From the NCBI RefSeq assembly GCF_003918875.1, contig NW_025767106.1, forward strand, positions 682,001 through 746,000: 64,000 nucleotides of DNA, written 5' to 3'. Source of the DNA: Haliotis rubra (lineage: Eukaryota). Below the pieces are notes generated by a model. It made no database searches. It was not told the origin of the DNA and worked only from the letters and a program-made list of their open reading frames with translations. How positions within the stretch are numbered: position 1 is the stretch's first letter; each line of letters starts with the position of its first letter. Made by a program: the position numbers and the translations under genes. Below are positions 36,469-48,549 of this stretch, piece by piece.

Positions 36469-39400
36469 TTAAATCTCCAAGGTGCTGACTTTCGCTGTCT
36501 TCTCTTGACTGACATCTTCAACAGCTCTGCCAAGCTCGAAGTCTTTTCCCAAGGTCTTTACTGTGGTGTCCGCAAGTGGGATATTATTTGTCTCGGGCAA
36601 TAATACTGTTAATAATGTACAAAGCACCATAGTGGATCCAACAATAACAAACGGAGGCAATAAATCCTCTCCTCCCTGAAAAGTTGATCGAATGTTAACA
36701 TATCATTAGATAAACAATACCAGTCGCTGTCTCACACAACCACCAAAAGAAGTATGAGTATATTGGGTAGTTTGATCGACTCTTTCACAACATTAGATTG
36801 GATTCGTATTTGGGTGTTCATACGAAATATAATTTTAACATTAAGTATCCCACAAAATACTTCGAATCTGTAGATATGATATATTTCTTACACTGGACAC
36901 CCATAGATATTTACGCAGATTATTTACTTCACTGACTGCTTAGACTTTAACAGTTGTAGGGGTGCTTAAGCCATCTGACGTTTCCCTTTTGGGACACAAA
37001 CATTTAGTCCTCTCCCTCTTACAATTTCGTTGTGTTTCATGCAGCAAACACACTCCCCAACACTTACCATGGCAAATGCATAAGGAGACACGATACTCCC
37101 TACACGGGCAGCAGTGTTTGCAGCGCCATAACCCAGGTTCCTGGAAGAAGGATGAAAGGTAATCACAAATCCGCAAGAGCAAATGTTGGTCTATTGTTAT
37201 GTAAATTACATTGGCATGACTTAATAAAGTAGAGATGACGAAGGACAACATGAGTCAGATATACAGTGACGTGCACACCTGTTTTCCGTGCAATGGTTCT
37301 GTCATCATGGTACGATCCCATGGTACGATCCCTGCCCAGATTATGATTACTGATCTGTCCAAAACAGACCCGTGTTCATGACCATTGGTTTCACCCAGAC
37401 ATCATTACACTTCATTACACAAAGCTATCAAGCTGTTAGAGAATAATATCCTTGTCATTCGAGCTTATCTCACTGACCCTGTGCTACTAGTACCTGATAA
37501 CTGTCGGGTATGTTTCACTTGTGGTCATCGTAAAGGAGTTCCAGGCTGTCGCTACTCCAAACCTACAGATCAGAGTCATAGTTGTTGTTGCTGGTCCACG
37601 GATGCTGTCACTGGAAGCTGAAATGAGCACACATGGTACCTCAAAGTTCGAGCTTATAGTATTCATGTTGTTAATGTGTTCCCAAATAGCACCATCAACT
37701 TTCGACTTCAAGAAAGGTTGAGACGAAGCTCTGGCAGTGTCCTCCCTTAGTAAACGTTTCTGATCATTACGCATTTAAGTCGTCAAAAGAGTACGAAATG
37801 GCAAGACACTGAACATTCAATCAAAATACACATACATAATTAGCAAATACCTTCATTACAGGAGTATACAAGGAAAGCGTTGTTATTACAATATACGCAT
37901 GACCATGTGTTAACGATACGACCCTTTCTCCTCGGTTGACTGCGTTTTAATTACTAATATAATTAATTTTGAGATTCCATGACATGTATAGAACCAAGGA
38001 AATTATAAAATATATATGATGAAACGAATATCTTTTGCCAATCTATTACCAATGCACTCATGCAAATTAAGATACCGTTGAACTATAGAATGCGTACCGA
38101 CTCTCGATATAACAGCCACTCCAAATGCCCCTATTGTAGCTACAGTGAAAAACGAGAACGTTGTCCATCTTCTGCCGATTCTGAAAGTGTAAGAACTTCA
38201 TTCACTATATATTTTATGACTATTTTAAAGAAATAGAGATATCAGTATGTACATTTATATTTCGTTTGTTCAACGTTGCACTTGATAATATTCCAAATAA
38301 ACCTGGGATACATTCATGGCTAACCGCTCAATATCACTGTAGTCTTTGCTGATGTATTGTACATGACAGGCTTATTACTTCTTTGTTCTTGACATGAAAT
38401 AGTTTGTGATTTCCGATTTTGTGTAAAGATTTTAGGATTCTGAAACAATAATATTAAATGATGAAAACTCCAAAAGTATTAACCTTTTGCAACATTGACA
38501 TTTGACGTATTTGACACAAATGTATTGAACGTATATAGTAAATGTACAAACAAACCTGCTACTTAGGAAGAACACCATCACCTGTCCAGGTAATGATATG
38601 ACAGAAACAAGGAATATGTTGAGGTAAAGGTTCCCCATCAGGTTTCCCACGCCGAATGTAATTCCATAAAACGCGAAGGACATGCACATCCTGTGGGGAA
38701 CAATGGAAATAAACAAACATGCATTTGGGTTGTAATTATGTTCGAGTTAAGGAAAAGAACGTCTCTGAATGTCAACTCACCAGATCACCTGAATAACCAG
38801 GGATTTCCAGCAAATATTCCAGTGACGATAGATGTCAAGATAGTTATATTTGTGATCCGATTCCTGCCCTTTCTTTTCCACTTCTGATAGTTTCTTCAGG
38901 AGAATGGCAGTGTTGGCTGGCTTCTCTCTGTTGTTGTACCGAGCCATCTGATCTACCACCTTCTCTGCATCCTCCAGCTTACCATGAACTGCAAGCCACC
39001 GCAAACTTTCTGGTGCAACACTATGGCAGGTTAAGGGTAGTGTCAGACAATTCATATATAGATCATGTTGATGAAGAACGATCAATAAGAAACGACATAT
39101 GGTAACTTACATGTATTCATCAATTCAAGTAGCTTAGTGCTTTTACTGAACAATATAAGTTACCTTTGACAACGTTGATAATATTGCAGGATGTTTACAT
39201 GTCTATGAACGGAAATAACTCACAACCAACAAGCGAAGAAAGGGATATGTAAAGCTGCTAGTATGATATGTTGATCTGACCAGTCCGGACGTAGCCAACA
39301 CGACATTGCAAACAGGGCCGATCCAATTTGCCAGGTCGGACATGCAGATGTTACCTGGCGCCAACTCCTTCCTATGAACTCCATGGCATAGGGATAACTC

Positions 39401-40963
39401 ACCACTAAGTTTGAACCAACCATTGCTCCAATAAGAAACCTGTAAAATATACATGATACTCGATAGTTTTGTGCGATACAGTTTTATTAGTAGCCACACA
39501 AAAAGAAAAACGAAGCAAATGTGTGTTACATATTTGTATATTTTCGTTTAATGATGTAAAATTGTTAACGCAATTTTTATAGTCTACCTTAGCACAATAA
39601 ACATCTGCCATGATACTGAAAATGCAGCCACCAAGTTGAATCCTCCGTGTAACAACAGAGCGATGTAAAAGGTCTTCTTTCTGCCAATAACATCAGCAGA
39701 CTGTCCGCTTAAGAGGGCTCCTACCAACACACCTCCCATTTGTACAGACGTAATGAACAGCCTGATTCCTGCTCTGTCGCAGACAAAGTCCCACTGAAAA
39801 GAAATTTGCACAAAAAGTTTACAATATTCAGATAACTTATAATACCTTCTCATTTCTGTGTGGAATAACGTAATCTCGGTTCGGACACCTTAGCTCGTCA
39901 TTGATAAATGGTAACTGTTATTGCCTTCGCTGTCACTTTCAATATAGGGGATAACGCTGGGACATGGCTCCGTCAGAAGTGCAGCTACCGTGAACAAGAC
40001 ATGATACCAAATGTCATCTAAAACAATTTCAACGCTCTTTACACAACTGCATCTTCACGACATCTTCTTGGCGGCCATCTTTGTTTACTTTAAGAAAATT
40101 CTTCGTGCTTAAGTAACCCATGGAGGATTCTTAAGTTAAGAAAAAATCAAGCACTAAGAGGTTTGATGAATATTAAAAATCTTAGTTTTAGATAGGTTGC
40201 TATGGAAACTAAGAATTCTTACCAGACTTAAGAATTCTTAAGGCTTAAGATTATTCTAAGAAATTTAGTGAATCTGGCCCCTGTATCTATATCCCACGTA
40301 GTACTACGCGAAAAGGGAGCGCACTACAAACAAACAACTTTCATAAATCGTGCTAGTAATAAATAATGACACTCAAATGGTGTGTCGGTGCGCAATGCTG
40401 TCTTGTGAATGAGTTGATATTAATTTCTGGCTAACTGTTTTGCCACTTTAATTGTAAAAGAAATGAAGGATCAATGGGTTATCTGTAACCGTGTTTTGAA
40501 AGACACGTGGAACAATATGTCTGTCTTTTTTGAGAAAATATACGTCATCCAGTGGATGCTCCTTCATTTTAGTTTGTTACAAAAAGCAATGACGCAGCGA
40601 CCATGCGCGATTGTGAATTGTTATGAGATGGAGATGGAGGCGCGTTGTGTATCCTACAAATACCTCACTTGATATATTTTGGGAAATTCTCACCTCATTT
40701 ACAACTGTGTTTTTCTCCGTGCTGTACACAAAAGAACACGAAGTGCCATTGTCACCAACTGAGCACTGCTTCAATCCTGTGTAATTACTGGCGCCGCTGG
40801 TCATTTCGTTCACACACCACCACAGTTGCGGTGTCACCCCAGCGAAAGACATCATCAACATTCCCCAGGACGTGACCAGTCTTGGTCCCATAAACAGAAA
40901 TAGTATCAGGAACTGGAACTTGGACATTCCTCCCACTCCATCGATGATCTCATCAGAATACAT
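36469..40963 (-). CDS. SLC22-family organic ion transporter, paralogue C (intact, 9 coding exons, 517 aa)
   Basis: Exons 40963-40694, 39793-39588, 39439-39224, 39020-38781, 38690-38556, 38180-38098, 37617-37494, 37140-37068, 36675-36469. All introns GT-AG, phases join to 1554 nt. SLC22/MFS motifs: WDFVCDR, ADVIGRKK (motif A), MEFIGRSWR, APESLRWL, IGRRW, SETYPTVIR, AARVGSIVSP, LLPET. Confidence 0.92.
40040..40284. mobile_element. PIF/Harbinger-like MITE fragment
   Basis: Terminus TAGTGAATCTGGCCCCTG; internal CTTAAG-rich inverted motifs. Left end unclear. Confidence 0.45.
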
Positions 40964-41326
40964 CTTCACAAGTGCTGATCAAACTGGAATAAAACACATA
41001 TAATAATACAGTTGAAGCATATACCATCCATTGTCATAGCCCTTTCTATTGAAGTATATGATACATATACCATACATGGTTACCACGCTTAAAATATCAC
41101 GTAAATCTGCCCTGCCGCGAGTTCACATACAGCTTTCATCTTCTGGAGTGAGTGAGTGAATGAGTTAAAGCTTAAAGTCACATAGGCATTATGACAGTCA
41201 CATCGTGTCTATGTGTGTTGTAAACATGTATATCAAAATGAGATTAGACAATATAAATATATGTCGACAAAGGACATAAAAAATAACTAGACTATCATAG
41301 ATAAGGACGTAAAACTAGCAATTTAT

Positions 41327-41469
41327 ACCCGTGACGGTCCGGGTCAATCGATGCTCATGCTGTTGATCACTGGTTTGTCTGGTCCGGCTCGATTATTTAC
41401 AGACCGCCGCCATATAGCTGGAATATTGCAGAGTGCGGCGTAAAACTAAATTTTATTCACTCACTCACT
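41327..41469 (+). mobile_element. Family M element, internally deleted
   Basis: ACCCGTGACGGTCCGGGT is joined directly to the 3' half and (CACT)n tail. Confidence 0.75.
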
Positions 41470-42164
41470 TAAATACCATTGGAGATTTTATGCCATTAGA
41501 AGAACAGCGGTTTGAATAATAGGTCGATTCAGTGGTGACTATTCATTTTTCCACAAGTGACACCTACAAAGACACGAACGTTTCCGTGTGTCTGATGTCA
41601 TCGATATTAACAGAAAATATCAGAACAATATTTTCGACGATATACATTAAACGGGCCAAAAACACATGACAACACAAGCAGCGTTTCTCCTCAGACATTT
41701 ATGTATGTGTATTTAGAAAGTAGTATTTACGGGATGCATTACAGTAAATTAATTGATCATGACTCTCAACCAACCTACATCGTTTTACTTGAAACACTTT
41801 TAACTTTTAACATATATTTGAGTGTTTATTTTGTCCCATTATTGTGCTGACACACGAATAAAATAAAAAAAGCCATAGAAATGATCCATTATCCTCCATG
41901 TTTCATGTTAGTATGAATTAATCAAGAGTTTACACAGTTCAGAAACAAAACAAACCCACTTTGATGTTGTTCATGCCTAATCATATTTACTCTCAATATG
42001 TGCACCGCGCAATCGAAAAAAAGCAAAGTGTCGATGCAGTAATCCATGGATGTTTTGCATACATACGAAAGGGATGTAGTTAATGCATGTAGTAAAATCT
42101 AGACTATCACATAAGTTGTTAAAAACCATAAGAAATGTCTATCCATAATTAATAATGCTGTATA

Positions 42165-43604
42165 TACTGAACCACAAAAGAAACGTCGCCTTTCAAAACC
42201 AAATGCACAAGTTTGTTCTTACAAGGTGGTAGTTTTGTTATGATTGTATCGTTTTGTTACCATGCTTTTCAATCCAAATTGACAGTTATTACAATCATCA
42301 GCATATCCACCAAACGCACCGAAAAATGCAGACATGGTGAAAGGTTCCGTATTACATTCGTGAAAATGAAAATGCACGTGCGTGTTGTGACAACCCTATC
42401 AATGAAAGCGAGTCATTACGTCGCCTGGAATCATTTTTATTTCAACACAATCACCATGCAATAAGAGGAACCAAGTCTTGGAACGATTGCAAGTTAGTCC
42501 GACTGCACGGACGGTAGCCAAGTATTTTAATGTTCATGTTAGGACAATCTACCGACTGCAGGAGTGGTATCAGCTCACTAACAGCATTCCAGACCGTCCA
42601 CGCAGTGGGCGACCTTCAGTAACATCACAACATCAAGACCGACAGATTGTGCGCAACCATCTGCAGATCACTTCCCCAGAGCGACGGAAACAGCATGCAA
42701 GACCTTCCGGACTAACAACAGACCCATCAGGGCCGATACAACTTTACGTCGACGTTTGCGCGGAAAAAACCCTCTGCTGTCACAGACCACATCGTAGTCC
42801 TGTCCTCACCGCTCGTCACCGCCAAAACTGATTGCAATGAGCAACTCAGCATCGAAATTAGCGTTATCGACAATGGAGAACTGTGCTTGTGCCTCACGAA
42901 AGCCGATATTGTGTTTCGACAGTCGATGGCAGAGTGGGAGTATGGTGATGGCGTGGGGAACTGTTTTCCAATGAGTGTACTGTTGAAAGAGACTCATGAG
43001 TGGTTCAAGCATCATGGTTCGGGGTGCAATCAGTCTGAACCAGTTAGTTGACACCGTTGTGTCCAAGTATGGAGGTCCAGGATGCGGAAATGACGTGACA
43101 ACTGCTCGCGATATTGATTAAGTCATAAGACCCCTCGTTGTACCACACTTTGGACGTTACAGAAATCACATCTTCCAGCAAGACAGCGCTCGTGCCAGAG
43201 CAACATTGGACTTCCTAATTGGACATCGTGGCATCCAAACCCTACAATAGCCTGCAGTCCGGATTTAAATCCAGTAGAACACCTTTTGGACGCGATTCAA
43301 AGAAGACTGAATGACCTCCAACCAATGCCGACAACTGCGGCTGGACTCAACTGGCATTGCGCAGAGTACGAGCCCAAGTGCCCCATGGCCTTCATCAAGC
43401 GGTTAATTCATTCCATGTACAGACGATGCAACGCGTTCATCGATGTCCATGGACACCACACACATTACTGACTTTGGATTATCTTCATGGTACCATTTTA
43501 TGGCGATTTTGTTTGCGTGAACTCTAAATGTGATTACCGAAAATGAGTCAACCATAATTGCCAAGTTATCGCTATCGGTGCGACATTTCTTTTATGGTTC
43601 ACTA
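42165..43604 (+). mobile_element. Tc1/mariner DNA transposon, degenerate
   Basis: TIRs TACTGAACCACAAAAGAAACGTCGC / GCGACATTTCTTTTATGGTTCACTA. DRPRSGRP, FQQDSAR, PDLNPVEHL, GHHTHY*. Many disablements. Confidence 0.88.
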
Positions 43605-43963
43605 GAACACGGGCTAAAGATCGCCAGCAACTAAAGTCAGATCACTTTACTATCGACCATGAGGACCTGCATTGACCTCAGCAAGACCTCTCTAGAAGCG
43701 GGCGATTATCAGTATATTTAACCTAACATAAATACAAATAATCTACGATTAATATATTGGCAATGATAAACATACCTTGAACGATGTGGCCTAACGGACC
43801 TGTCCCGGAGAACATATATTTTACACTACTTAATCCTACATTGAGGGTAGTCACAAACAGTCATAGTTATTTAATCATTTGAACCAATTTGTAGCACACA
43901 CGAGACGATAAATGTCATACTTGTCACCGATTCTTGTGCGTAGTATTCATCTTTAAATTATGA

Positions 43964-44236
43964 GTGAGTGAGTGAGTGAGGTTAGTTTTACGCCGCACTC
44001 AGCAATATTCCAGCTATATTGCGGCGGTCTGTAAATAATCGAGTCTGGACCAGACAATCCAGTGATCAACAGCATGAGCATCGATCTGCGCAAATGGGAA
44101 TCGATGACATGTGTCAACCAAGTCAGCGAAACTGACCACCCGATCCCGTTAGTCGCCTCTTACGACAAGACAGTCGCCTTTTTATGGCAAGCACATGGGT
44201 TGCTGAAGACCTATTCTACCCCGGATCTTCACGGGT
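43964..44236 (-). mobile_element. Family M element with duplicated hairpin module
   Basis: TSD TAAATTATGA; contains a tandem second copy of CTTG..TAA.A.GGCGACT. Confidence 0.88.
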
Positions 44237-44903
44237 CCTCTAAATTATGAAGCTGAATGAAAAAAGAAAATACACTTCTCATGTAATATATTTCACTGAT
44301 GTGATTCTAAAGTAATTCTTTTATAGATTAGGCTAATAGCCCATTTCAGCACTGTCCCATAGAAAAGTAAGGTACTTTGACAACGGCGTCGTTAATTTCA
44401 ACTTTTGAAATATAATAAATATACACCGGATACACCGCTTTATGAAAACCAAAATATTCATTCTGAAAACATGCTGCATGTTTCATAAATTACTTTAACA
44501 TGAAATCTGAACTTTCCGACATTACATCTTTTGTAGGTCGGTAATGAGACACCGACTTTTAACATCACACATATTACTAATTAGTTGGAATATAGACATT
44601 ACTGATTTCATCTTTTATCACCCAGTCATATCAAAAGAAGACAAGAGATGATACTGTTATGCTGGCTGTCGGTATGATATGTGTCTGTGTGGGGTTTACA
44701 CAATTATTGATCATTTATAAAAAGAACAAAGTCCGAATAAGAACAATAAATCACATACACGCGTCCATGAACGTCGCTGATTTCTTGCATAAAAATAGGT
44801 TATATTGTGTTCCATATATCACATCACTCATCATATCTAGAATATAATGACAACTTATCTAAATCCGGTTCTTATGAAGACCATACTAGTTTGAAAATGT
44901 ACA

Positions 44904-45056
44904 GTGAGTGAGTGAGTTTGGTTTCACGCCACTTTAAACAATATTCCCGCAATATCACGGCAGGGTACACCAGAAATGGGCTTCACACGCTGTACCCACG
45001 TGGGGAATCGGCGAGAAGAGCGAACGTTTTAACCACTTGGCTACCTCACCGACCCC
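44904..45056 (-). mobile_element. Short tRNA-Asp-derived SINE inserted in the upstream block of C
   Basis: Same family as 47665-47820; absent at the homologous positions of A and B. Confidence 0.8.
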
Positions 45057-46540
45057 GATGTGTTGTGCATATATGTAGTCGTTCACCTATTTCGATCACT
45101 CAATGAGTCAACAAACATCTATCGCATACACGTAAGATTTTTAGAGGAAAAAATTACTTACCTCGGAACAGCAAGAGTGGCTGAATTGTTTTTCTGCAGA
45201 ACATGTATGCATGAACTGAAGTTAATACACCTTATGACGCCCGTATTTGCAGAGAGTTTTGGGTATGTAAATGTGTAAAGTGAATGCGAACAACAAGTAC
45301 TTGGAAACATGTTTGCATGGCATGCTTGAATGACACATACGTACATCAGACGACACGAGGGCATGTGAGGAGACTATGTTCTGCTGGCCTCTTTGTTTAC
45401 AATGTATCAAGTTTAAAGGTGCATGTGAACGGTGTACGTTTGTGTCAAGGTCGTGTATTTTATCCCACCTGGAATCCCTGACAATATATCTCAAACATGA
45501 TCAACAACGGCAGACAATATGACAAATGTGACAATAATATGTATCGGTACCACAGGAAGGCGTCACACCCCGAGATCCATCAGTTGACGTATCTCCGCTT
45601 CGAATGATCTGAATTATTCGGATTTGAAATATGCAGTGAAGTCAAATTGAAATGAAAATAACATATACCCTAATCGATGTATATAAACTGGGGTATCTTA
45701 GACTTCAATAACGGAGACCATTACTTATAATTTTAATTTTACATTGAGCATCCTAGTGAACGGGTGCAGGAAATTCATGAACGATTGTGCTGTATAGATT
45801 TTGTAAAGTTTGACCGACTGTTCGTGTCTCAATAAATGGTATGAAGTCAGAATGAATAAATAGTTGTTAGTACATACATACACGTTGTCATCGTTTGCCT
45901 AATCGTTTTATGGGCCCCACTACAGGTTGCTACATCTTTCAGTGTATAATGTATGTCGAATGAATTATGATTTGAGAATTCATAACTAAAATCTAAGCAT
46001 CTGTAACGTGTTGTAAATACTGGGGACAACCAGTGATTACTCTTTATTACTCTCAAACACTTTTCGACTATGAAATGTGGCGGCGTCATTGTAGAATCGA
46101 GCTATAGTTTCCGCGCATACACGGCTAGCTTACATGCAGATTAACACCTGAGAACTGCAAACTTAGAAAAGAAGCTGAACGTTCGTTTCCAATTCAGTAC
46201 ACGCACAAGATGTTGATATGGAACAAATACCAAGACCCATAAATAGGAATCAAAACGATACGATCTCGTATGTATTTCTATAATTACAATAAACGATCGA
46301 TTGCATTTGCACCTGCGTTTTAGTACATGGACTCTTGAATCAAAAGAGCAGAACTGATGGAATGTGTGATGTAAGGATGTGTGTAATGCATTTTAAGCGA
46401 GAGTATACCTGGAATCAAAAGAGTCCATCAGATTTCAGGTTATTATGAGCAATGATGATGATACCACGTGGCCTCGTTTATCCTGACCAAGCAGTTTTAC
46501 TTGTGTAAGGGAAGCTAGCTAATGCCTTTGATTCACATTA

Positions 46541-46760
46541 ACCCGTGAAGATCCGGGTTCAAATTGATCTCCAGTAATTCATGCTTGCCGTAAGAGGCGA
46601 CTAACGGGGTCGGGTGATCAGGTTCGCTGACATGGTTGACGCGTCATCTTATCCTAGTTGCATGGATTGTTGCTCATGCTGTTGATCACTGGATTGTCTG
46701 GCCCAGACTCAATTATTTAAAGACCGCCACCATATAGCTGGAATATTGCGGTGTAAATAT
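46541..46760 (+). mobile_element. Family M element
   Basis: Near full-length copy just before the N gap. Confidence 0.82.
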
Positions 46761-46799
46761 CATTTGTATATCTACAGATCTAAGAGAAGACAAGGATGA

Positions 46800-46955
46800 N
46801 NNNNNNNNNNNNNNNNNNNNNNNNNNNNNNNNNNNNNNNNNNNNNNNNNNNNNNNNNNNNNNNNNNNNNNNNNNNNNNNNNNNNNNNNNNNNNNNNNNNN
46901 NNNNNNNNNNNNNNNNNNNNNNNNNNNNNNNNNNNNNNNNNNNNNNNNNNNNNNN
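46800..46955. other. Assembly gap (N run)
   Basis: 156 N. Confidence 1.
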
Positions 46956-47664
46956 CTCTCCTAAGGACTGATTCATGGTTAAGCTTTTAGTGTCAACTTG
47001 CGCAGCAACACGTAACAGAAGGCAATACACGCAAATTTGACGTCTTTACTGACAAAGTCGCTTTCTGTTGTTAGTTGGCGAAAGTGTAACCCATAGATAA
47101 GCCGACCAGTGTCTACGGTAACGGACAGTAAGTTGTCCAATCCGGACAAATGAGTCGGTCCCATGCCAGTCCATAATAGACAGATTCCATTGTATATTGG
47201 TTAAACCTGCTGGAATCAGTGGGAGTTAATTATCTCTGCAGTCTCTAATGAATGAACGACCTCGGTGTGGCTAGATCAGGGAAAATGGGAGCTGTGGAAC
47301 TATCCTAAATAAATATTATCCGATGGACACTAAGAAATAGACGAACACGCCTGAAAAGCTATTTAGCATTCAAGACGAACATCATGTGGGCCGAAAATGA
47401 AAATTCCACTTTCAAATTAAACAAATACTTGTTCAACGCAGGTCCTTGACTTCAAACAATACAAAAATACTTGATCTTAAACTGACAGTTATTCTCTATT
47501 TATTCTGAGTTATTCTCAGATTACTAGAAAAGGCGGGAGGTGTTACTTAGATATATTGCCAAGCGAAACCAACCCCACACAGCATCAGAGCGAACCATTA
47601 AGGTTCATGTACCGGCGATGGCTACACCCGGTTGTGATAAACTATTTGAGCAAGACTGACTAAC

Positions 47665-47820
47665 TGAGTTTAGTTTTACTTCTCTTTTAGCAATATTCCA
47701 GCAATATCACGGCGGGGAACACCGGAAATGGGCTTCACACATTGTACCCATGTGGGCAATCGAACCTGGGTCTTCGGCGTGACGAGCGAACGCTTTAACC
47801 ACTGGGCTACCCTACAGCCC
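47665..47820 (-). mobile_element. Short tRNA-Asp-derived SINE
   Basis: TAGCCCAGTGG A box, GGTTCGATTGCC B box, GTC loop; TSD-like AGCAAGA(A)CTGA. Confidence 0.82.
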
Positions 47821-48549
47821 GCTCTAGCAAGAACTGAGGCTTACCGAAAATACACTATTGAATATTAATTTGTCCTATTTACATTTACAGTCACTACTTC
47901 TGTGAGGTATCTTTGGGTGTAGAAAGGAGGGTACTGGAAATTACTATCGGGACAACCTATTGAGTGTTTGCATTTAAGGATATGATGGCAACATGTTTGA
48001 CGTCAGCGTCACTTTGCCTGATTGAAGTTGGGCAGGCACTGCACGAGGAGTGGAATAAGTGTTTTGGGAGATTCACACCAAGTAGTCCGCTTCGGGTTGA
48101 CGGATGTTGGACACGTTGTGGTGGTACCGGTATTACGGACTAATGTACACGAAACGTCAACAATTTTACGCGTTGCCCTATCGTTCTCCGGTAACGTAAC
48201 ATTAATGGAGACATAACATTATTGTCATAATTCACTAACAGTTGTATTGTGCTACCATTTCATTTATTAAAATCATACTGCTATTACCAGAAGCCAATGT
48301 ACCCTTCAATATTAAAAGTATATATCTACTAGTAAATCTACTAATCCCAACGAATCTGTATGATTTAGGATATAAGCTCCCTTAATGTCCCAACACTGTA
48401 GGTCAAAGCGTTTCGTTGTAATCATACGCAAAAATAAAATAACTCTTTAAGTCAGCTCCCTGGTTACAATCGCCACTCTTTGATTAAACAAAAGTACATT
48501 GTGCAGCAGAACCGCAGTAACCTCCAGTATTGATGACTGATTTACAGTA

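Noticed and set aside
47740-47820. Functional tRNA-Asp gene (also 31779, 45056, 24870-24938)
   Set aside because: No proper acceptor stem. Each is fused to a SINE body and tail, some with TSDs.
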